A DNA stretch of 63,908 nt, the filler included, from Intoshia linei (taxonomy: Eukaryota > Animalia > Orthonectida), in NCBI GenBank assembly GCA_001642005.1. It is 4 parts of 4 records of this genome, joined end to end, with 100 filler letters (N's around TTAATTAATTAA, not from the genome) between each part and the next. Parts side by side here need not be neighbours in the genome. Positions count along the whole stretch, not along the records: positions 50,597 to 63,908 come from LWCA01001022.1; 3 more parts are not named here. The stretch is one strand, 5' to 3'. The notes below the pieces were generated by a model. It searched no databases, was not told the origin of the DNA, and saw nothing but the letters and a program-made list of their open reading frames with translations. The number at the start of each line of letters is the position of its first letter. The first letter of the stretch is position 1. The position numbers were made by a program, and so were the translations under genes. Positions 55,256-63,908 of this stretch are shown here, one piece after another.

Positions 55256-55714
55256 ATGGAGTGTCATGCGCGTTAACTATTTAATTGCTTTTTTAAATTT
55301 TAGTATGAATTAAAATTTTAATTTTTCACAATTCTTTGTTGTCAGTACATTTTAATGGTTTTCATATTTTAAAATCATTACTTTGCTATAACGAGCAGAT
55401 GCTGGAACACTTGAATTATTAATCAAATTACTTTTTTACAGATGTTTGGAGGGATGCATTGTTCTATTCCAGACGTTTTACTCATTTTATACTATAGTAT
55501 ATTGGTGATGAGATCCTTTTCAATATAATATTACGTACTGTTTTTAATTTTTAAAAGCGACTGATTCTACAGAAAATTCATTCATACAACGCGATAACTG
55601 CGTGTAGCAGGACTGTTCTAAGGATTATGGACATATCATTGACTATTATTTTAAAGTTATAGACTCTACAATGTAGAGGGATAGAAATAACTTAAATTAT
55701 ATTATATTAAATAC

Positions 55715-56485
55715 TACACCTTTTAATGTTTAAATTAAAATAGTTGAAGTATCAATTAAAATAAATAAAATTGATTAAATGTAGAGCACAGGTTCCCAAA
55801 GTAAAGTAAATAGTAATTTATATATGTACATTAGAGTGTCCCAATTTAACATTTTTGTTGAAATGCAAAAGCATTATATGCATTGAAATCATACATCTTA
55901 AATGTGGATAGAGCACCAGAGATGAAACAAATTTGTGATTTTATAGCAAATGTTTGGTCTAAATGTTGGTTTACTTGCAGATTTCAAACATTTGCAGAAT
56001 GGGATTTATTAGAAGCAGAATTGCTATTAAATTATCTAACTGTAGCTAAATTTATGACTATTTAATATGATGAAAAATTGGAACAAAGTGTATAAAAAAA
56101 TTTAGAATGAATTTTTATCTAATTATACGACTATAAAGATACATTATGTTTTTAATATTATAAAATACTGACTTTTAATCTATGAAAATAAACTTATATT
56201 CGTTTAAATTTATTATTTTTTTTTAAAATAAAATTTTCGTACTTTGTCTGACCAAATTACGATTAAACTATAAATTAAAAGCGACATTTTACATTGTATA
56301 CAAAATAGGACATACAGTCAAAAATACTTTTTGAATTTCAAACAAAAATGTTAAATTGGGACACTCTAATGTACATATATAAATTACTATTTACTTTACT
56401 TTGGGAACCTGTGCTCTACATTTAATCGATTTTATTTATTTTAATTGATACTTCAACTATTTTAATTTAAACATTTAATGGTGTA
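55715..56485. repeat. Long inverted repeat with ~160 bp arms around a hAT-like MITE
   Basis: 55715-55875 is the near-perfect reverse complement of 56325-56485; inner hAT-like ends tagagtgtccc (55832) / gggacactcta (56368). Confidence 0.85.
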
Positions 56486-57357
56486 AATATACATTACAAG
56501 TTGTTACAATCATGCTGAGTAAATATCCATGTTCGGTTTACAATATGCTAATTTATAAATTTGAGTTTATTTTTCGGATAGTATGGTATAGGCTAATTTC
56601 TATTTAAAGGAAAAAATTGATGATTGACGGACTGAATTTTTCTGAAGTACAAAAATTCCGTTAAATTTTAACTTAAAATGACTAGCATCGGAATTATACT
56701 AAAGCTTTTTATATATTTATTTAATATTTTCATTTAATTAACATCATGAATTGTATTATTTTATAGATGCCTAAGACTTATGTCGCTCGGAATTTTGCAA
56801 TTTTAATTAAAAATACTTATATTTCATTAATTATTAAATTTTTTATTATAGTTTTTACTTTTTTAGGGTTGTTAAATATTTGTTATTCATCATACACTAG
56901 ATATGGTATAATAAAATGTCTTAAGTCATGAACCAGGAGTGTTTAAATTAATTAGAATTGGGTTCCTAAGACTTATGTCGGGCACTGTATGCAGGACCTG
57001 CATACAGGTGTTAAAAAAAATTAGCCAACCACTGGATTACATCAATATAATATTATAACCTAGTCACTCCTTTAAACATGGCGTTGAAATAATTTTTTCT
57101 TTCTTTTATATTATTAAAGTTCCTAGGTTATACATATGTATCAGTATATCAGTTATTATAGTAATTGCTTTAATTTATTTTTAATTTTTAGATTTATCTA
57201 TTGGAATTATACAAAGAAAATAAAAAGACTGTTAAAATAAGAAATGATATACTAATCAATAGTTTCTTTTTCATAGCCTCTATCTTTGGTACCTATTTAT
57301 TTAGCGATCTTAAACTGTACTAAAACCTGTATGTAGTAATTAAATGTGAATATTTAT

Positions 57358-58207
57358 TTATATATCAATTATGACAAATACTGTACATTCTTGAGGTTTT
57401 CTTATTATTGTCAATTTTGAGTATGTAATGGCTTTTACTTCTGTTCCCTATTGAAATGCATAAATTAACGTGCAAACCTACAAATCCATAGAAAAGTTAT
57501 CAACTTATTAAATTTCATACAAAGATTTACAGGTCACTTTTAACCATTAAAAATTACTCCACATTAGTATATACCTGTTCATGTTTTTCAAGGCTAAATT
57601 CTTCTCCAGATCTTGAATACAATATTAAAAAATAAATAAATTATGAAAATACAAGGTAGCTTGAATATTGAAATTAATATCATCAAACTTTGTAATGTTA
57701 ACAATCTAAAAATGAAATAAATATAAAAAATCTCTAAAAATGCACTTTATAATTTACCTTTGTAATAAAATAAGGATCATCACAGAAAGAAAATAGACAT
57801 TCGTCCATAAAATTATATAAAAGCGAATCCATGTCCTCTCCTATTTAGAATTGAAATTAACGCCAGAAATTAAACCTTGAGCAACAATTAATTTATCCTG
57901 TTGAACATGAACAAATTCAAGAGGTGTAATGTAATTAAACATGGCTTGGGCGCACTAGTGTAGTTTAGTAAAATAAAAAGTAATTAACCTGTTGAAAAGC
58001 CACAGATATATTTGGACCCCCTACAATAACCTGTTAGCTAATTATTTAACAAAACATACATGCTTTAAGTCTATAAATGTAAAAACTATACAAAATCAAA
58101 CAAATGTAAATTACTGAACGTCGGCAGTGTGATCCAAATCTAAATAAATATTATACACCCTAATAATATATACATTCGTATCCTTCCAAAGTCTCGGCAC
58201 TATTCAT
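57358..58207 (-). CDS. ZBTB8OS: Archease (tRNA ligase cofactor), about 9 exons including an 11-nt microexon
   Basis: Spliced: MNSAETLEGYEYLDHTADVQLKAWGPNISVAFQQCAQAMFNYIT..GEDMDSLLYNFMDECLF..GEEFSLEKHEQGTEVKAITYS..VFVIIDI*. Confidence 0.95.
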
Positions 58208-58237
58208 GAAACTATTTAATACAAAATAATGTAAACT

Positions 58238-60284
58238 TTATTTTAATAAACTTTTTAAATACAGAGACAATTGGGTATGATATTTTTTGCGAATTTCAAT
58301 TTTTTGGGTTTGTATGTCATTACAATTGTTGCAATAATTAGTCAATTTCTTCATAACTAGAATATATTCGTTTTTAACACTTTCCAACTTGTCTTCATGT
58401 AATTTGAGTGTTTGTTTTAATTTTAAATTCCTTTTCTTAATGGTAATCGCATGATTAATCATGGACTGTTTAATATGGGTTGCATTTTTAGATGACCAGT
58501 ATTTTTCAATTTTTGCCATTTTAGGACCCAAGATTTCACACTTTTTTGCCACGGTAGTAAGATAATTATCAAATCTAGACTCTATGTCATTAATTTTATT
58601 AGTTTCTTCCTCCAGGTTTTTGGACTCTGTTACATACATTTCTTCGAGTTGATTCAATTGATTTTTAAAAGATGTAATTTTTAAATTCATATTTTCAACT
58701 TTTTTTTGCGATACATTTTTATAATTTTTAATTTTCATACAAATATCAGAAAGGATACAATCAATATCATAAGTTTTGTGTTGGATTAGAATCGCTCTAT
58801 CAAAAATATCATCCTGGTTTGCTTCAATTCCAATTTTTTTACAAAACATGATAATTGAATAATAATTTTGACGACAACTAGCTAAAATTTCATCACATTT
58901 TTTACGGTCTGTAGCAAGTTTCAATTGAACCTTTTTAGATATTTCTTCCTTTTCTAATTTTATATTATAAATGGCTTCTTCACGAGCTAGGCAAACATTC
59001 AATTTTTCAGTTAGTTTTTCCTTTTCTTTTCTATTCATTGTTTGGCTGGATAATATCTCGTTTTTTTCATCGATATATTGGTTCATTGAATCTATTTCCT
59101 TTTCTATTTTATTACATTCTTCTCGTTTTAATATAAATGCATCATGTCGCGCTTTTTTACATTCTTTCAATTCTATTAAATGTTTATCGGCAATATTGAC
59201 AAGGTTTTTGCGTTCTAAAAGGTAATCTGTTTTTTTTTTCGTATTTTCAACCATTGATGAGTATTTTTTGTATTTTTCTTCAGATTCTTGTATTTCTTTT
59301 TTTAATTCTATATTTTACATTTAAATTTCGTCAAATTGACAGTTAATTTTAAAAATAGCAAAAATTTTTTAAGGGGACCCATGAAATGTTTTCACTAAAA
59401 ATAACATTTTCTCCATTATTTCTCTGCATTATTTACCGTTTCTCCAGTATACCAAAACCTAGTAAAACACAATACTGGTGAACTAGTGAACCCTGGGTAG
59501 TACATAAACATCTATAACAAAAAAAAAATTACCCTAAAAATCTTAATCATGTATTTAAAAAATCCCACTGTTTAAAATCTTTATTAAACACAAATGTAAT
59601 AAAAAATATAAATTTACTCGGAATTTGTTCCTTCAATTTAGAAATTCCAAAGCATTTTTCTATATCGATATTAGTTTTAATTTCATTAGTTTCCATAAAA
59701 TGAGAATAAGACTTTGCACAAAAAAAATTTGTGATGACTTGATTCGCATTAATCAAATTATCAATCAATTGTTCATGTTGATTATCGTCGATTGTATCAG
59801 ATAAAATTTGGTCCATAATAAATTCATGTTGTTGAAAAAAATCTGAAACCACATCAATGTCTGGAATATCCTTTTCATATATTTCTATCAACCACATGAA
59901 AAATGCCAAAATTTGTGGCCACGCATGAGGCGATCCAATTGATACAAAGATTGATTTTTTTAAAGGATAAGGATAACTGAATAAAATTATAATGTCCATT
60001 AAATCGTCAACCCAATTGGGTTTTTTCTGATCCAAAGTAAACATATAGTCCGTGTTATTGTAATTTATTAAAAATAAAAATATTCGACAAAATTCCATTG
60101 AACTTGGAGACATTAAAGATCTTTTGGTAACATTTCCAATGTAATTGTTCATTTTTAAAAATTGAAGTAATTGGTCAATACACGATTCTTTAAATTTTTT
60201 ATCGTATATTGGACGTGGATCCTTTTTTAATAGAGTAGTGTTTATTGATGCGTTTTTTGTGACATTTACTTTTTTACGCATCAT
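58238..60284 (-). CDS. NDC80: Kinetochore protein NDC80/HEC1 (2 coding exons; intron ~59308-59617)
   Basis: KDPRPIYDKKF..QLLQFL..YPYPLKKS..IGSPHAWPQILAFFMWL CH domain followed by a long coiled coil; in-frame GT-AG splice. Confidence 0.93.
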
Positions 60285-60354
60285 CTTATAGATTCAATAA
60301 TAGAGTTGGTAAATTTATTGTTGGTTACTTGTTAATACTTTTTAAAAATAATAT

Positions 60355-60365
60355 TTTTGCGCCAA
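60355..60365 (-). promoter_or_regulatory. E2F-like site TTGGCGCAAAA upstream of NDC80
   Basis: About 70 nt upstream of the ATG; same orientation as the site upstream of the Ska3-like gene. Confidence 0.35.
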
Positions 60366-60469
60366 CTAGTTTCCAATGAATTTTTATTTTGAATTTGTAA
60401 CTTTACCAGTTTTGGATTCGTAATTATGGTTATTACAATATTATCAACCGCAAAGCACAATATGGACAG

Positions 60470-61117
60470 TAGGGGTGTGATTTTTTATACTTTTTGTCGA
60501 AATTTCATGGTCCAAATACTGATAAAGTTGCGTGTGATAGCTTTATGATAATCGTGAAAAGAAGAAAAATTTTTAGTTGAAGAGCTTGCCATTTTAAAAA
60601 TTTCTTACAAAAATTTTCTACAAAAACTAAAATATAACTTTATTTACTGGAATGTTACGATGAGATGATGTAGTTATGTTTTGAGTGGTCTTGTGTTGTT
60701 CGTCATGTGTGGTTATTCACTTTGCATTTGCATTTAAATTCAATTTTACCTCATTTATTTTTGTTTTTAGTGTAAATTTTTATCAATGAAAAATGATAAT
60801 TTTTATTAAATGAAAAGAACTTTAAACATCTATAAAATAATAAGTAAAGGAGGTAGAATTAAATTTAAAAATGCAAAATGAACAACCAAACATGCCGAAC
60901 AACACATTACCACTCAAAACATAACTACATCATCTCATCGTAATATTCCAGTAAATAAAATTATATTTTAGTTTTTGTAGAACATTTTTGTATGAAATTT
61001 ATGAAATGGCAAGCTCTTTCCCACTAAAAATTTTTCTTCTTGTCACGATTATCATAAAACTATCACGCAACTTTATTAGTAATTAAACCTAATTTATAAA
61101 ATTTTGGAACACCCCTA
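60470..61117. mobile_element. hAT-type foldback MITE
   Basis: taggggtgt / acaccccta termini, TSD atggacag/gtggacag, ~200 bp internal inverted arms; related sequence at ~25530-25955. Confidence 0.8.
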
Positions 61118-61535
61118 GTGGACAGAGCACCGATTAATAATAGTGTTCTGTAATACGATTCGGATAGATCAGAAGTTGGCAGGGTTGCCAACTGCGTTAT
61201 TTTCACCCTGACAATTCGGGTTTTTAAATTCAACTCAGGACTCAGGGTTAAGTGATACTTCTCAGGGTAATTTATAGTCCTCGACATACACTAGCGTTAT
61301 AAAATTAGATTCTAAAATAATAAATGAAACAATCCACAAATTTTTATAAAAATATAAATAATGCAGGAGATTACAGCACAAATACTAATTGCCAAGAAAT
61401 ATAATGAAAGCAACTATAATTAACAATCAACTAATTAAACCAATCCAACGCGTTTAAAATAATTTTTTATAATTTAATTTAATTTAAATAATTTTTAATA
61501 AAAAAAGTTCAAACCAAAATTGTAGTGACTGTAAC

Positions 61536-62059
61536 TAGACCTGTTCATGGTTTAGTTTATATTCTGGTTTGTAAATGGTTTACACCATTTATCTTTAATA
61601 AATTTATTTTCATTTTATTCAAATATATACAGTGGCGTAATCGGGTGTATAACCCATAAAAATGAAGTTATAAGTACATTGAGTAACGAGATAATGATAT
61701 TAAGTACTAGCAGTAAATTCGATAGCATACTACTAGAAAGTTATATACCAAACATTATATTTCATGTAGAAAATAAATTAACATAATATATTCATTCTAG
61801 AGTGAAGTAAGTTTAACGATGGTTACTTTAATGTTGCTCTATCGTTACTTATACTTTTGATATAACTCACTTGTGATATCTAACTGACAGAGTGGTTATA
61901 GTCGCACAATTGTATTCTGCGTGTGGCTGGGTTCGAATCGAGATTTGGACATCTTTTTATTTAAGATGAACTTATAAAATAAATAAATATAAATTTAAAT
62001 GGTTAAACCAAGCTAGTAAACCGATTAAATGGTTCTGAACCAAACCATGAACAGGTCTA
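61536..62059. mobile_element. hAT MITE
   Basis: TIRs tagacctgttcatggttt / aaaccatgaacaggtcta; perfect 8-bp TSD ACTGTAAC. Confidence 0.85.
61875..61953 (+). pseudogene. tRNA-like sequence (pseudo-tRNA or SINE head)
   Basis: A-box TGACAGAGTGG, B-box GGTTCGAATC, acceptor-like pairing gatatct/ggacatc, followed by TTTTT; anticodon arm imperfect. Confidence 0.5.
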
Positions 62060-62854
62060 ACTGTAACTAATTTATATTAAAATTATATGTACGTTAACGC
62101 AATAACTATTAAAATGTAAAAAAACGTCGAAGTTGTATTTGTGCTGTGTTATAATGATAGTACTAAATTATATAATTCATATGGCACTAGAAATTTCTAA
62201 TTTAAAACGAGTTTTAAAGAGTACTGTAATTTAAGGTGACGGGGACTGTTAATTATTTCAATAAAAATCATCAGATCAGACATATTTTATTTATATTCTA
62301 TAATTTTTGTCTCTATGGTGAAAGACTCTTAGTGTTAGCAGTTAATTTTATTTTATTATTTAGTGACACCCATATTTTGTTTTTTTTTCTCTAAAGTATT
62401 CATCATGAAGTCATTTTGAAATGTGCTATTTGCTATTTGTTATAAAAAATTTAAAGTATTGATTTTGAAATTTGCAATAAAAATTCTGTAAATAATTGTA
62501 TGTATAGATTATTGTTACAATAAACATTACACAATTAAAATTTAATAATTAATATTGACTACAATGTACTACAATTGATGAATATTTCACAATTCAAAAA
62601 TAGCCTAGTAAATTTTTAAAACACTTTTGGAACCAGCAATGATTAAATTTGAATTGTTTGTAAATTTGCAAATTTTTAATGCATTTACATCGGGAATCTA
62701 AATAGAAAATTTTATATATTTGTATTGACTTAAATTCTAATTAATATAAAATAAATTTTTATTTTATATGTATGCAGAAAATAAAATTTAAACTTTGAAA
62801 TATGTGTCTCAAAACTATACAAAAAAGGTAATTTATTTATATATAACAACCATT

Positions 62855-63880
62855 TTAATACTTGGTTATATTTCCTCCTGTTGCTTCTAACAATTCGATT
62901 AATCTTGAGGGAAATGATTCTACCAATTTTTTTATTTCCTGTATGTCAAGGGCATCCCATATACATTTAATTTCTGCCTTAATTCCATATTATTATGATA
63001 CACTTTAGTTCCAGGGTATAGTCGACGAACCATTATAGCCCAAAGGTTCTCAATGGGATTGCAATCAGGACTGTATGGTGGCCAATCAAGAACTTGTATG
63101 TTATTTTCACGTATATACCCCATACTTTTTTTGAAACATGAATCCTGGCGTTGTCCTGCATCATCATAAAATCGTTTTGATGAAAAGGAAGATAGGATTT
63201 GGTCAATATGTCTATATATACATCTGAATTTACATTTTGGTCGGTTAAATAAATAGATGTGGTACCGTTTAATCATATTCCTGCCCATACCACAATGCTT
63301 TTTGAGAATAGTTTTTTTCCGAAAAATTTTCAAATCTCATTGTGTTTTGTCCAATATTTTCGACATCCATCCGGACCGTCGAGTAAAAATATCTTTTCGT
63401 CTAAGAATGTTACCTGTTCCAAGTTCAATTTTTTTGTTGTTAATTTTAATAGCGTTTTCTTTGCCCATTTTAATCTATTATTTTTATTAAGTGGTGACAA
63501 TAATGGTGCTTTAAAATATGGGACATATTTGTAACCATTTCTAGCTAAAAATTTAATTTTTTTTGATAATATAATTATATATATTACCTGTACACTGTAT
63601 CTTTTGAGACATTGAGATTCAAATCAGCTATTAAACGTGCTGCAGTAGGAGAATCATCTTTTATAAGTTCAAGGTAGATATGTCTTTTCGTTCTATCATC
63701 CAATAATTGAGGTCTTCCACCTCCACGAGTGTAAGTCTTACTTCTCAGAAGGTAATTTTTTATGCAGTTATATGATCTCCCTAATCTATCTGCAATTTGG
63801 CCAGTAGGCACCTTTTTTTCGGTAAGAGATTGTATTACACCTGGTTCAAACTCAGATAATAAGTTACCACGTTTTGGCAT
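62855..63880 (-). mobile_element. Tc3-like transposase pseudogene
   Basis: MPKRGNLLSEFE..IADRLGRSYNCIKNYL..GRPQLLD; FLDEKIFLLDGPDG; WPPYSPDCNPIENLW; intron at ~63541-63587; frameshifts and deletion. Confidence 0.88.
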
Positions 63881-63908
63881 TTTAAAAATAAGTTTCTATG
63901 ATAGTAAA

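Noticed and set aside
3299-60284. Apparent clustering of the kinetochore genes Ska3-like and NDC80
   Set aside because: 55 kb apart and separated by three assembly gaps.

Overview
Very AT-rich eukaryotic (animal) genomic DNA with many 30-45 nt introns. This style is consistent with a compact invertebrate genome such as the orthonectid Intoshia (inference, not verified). The window is four contigs joined by artificial N-TTAATTAATTAA-N linkers. Host genes recovered by manual splicing: a Ska3-like kinetochore gene, snurportin-1, the 3' exons of calcineurin A, TSR1 (with an intact FMRFamide-receptor-like GPCR nested antisense in an intron, and a deleted duplicate of that GPCR just upstream), VPS16, a divergent Bcl-2 family gene, archease and NDC80. 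Intergenic DNA and large introns are packed with decayed Tc1/IS630, pogo/Tigger, hAT, piggyBac-type, Ginger2-like, Helitron and Ty3/gypsy elements. Two highlights: (1) a decayed ~2.1 kb endogenous Picornavirales-like element, with RdRp reading in frame into capsid, bracketed by ~105 bp direct repeats next to a gypsy LTR; (2) NDC80 and archease separated by only 30 nt containing a splice-acceptor-like site, suggesting an operon resolved by trans-splicing. All calls come from reading the sequence; no searches were run.
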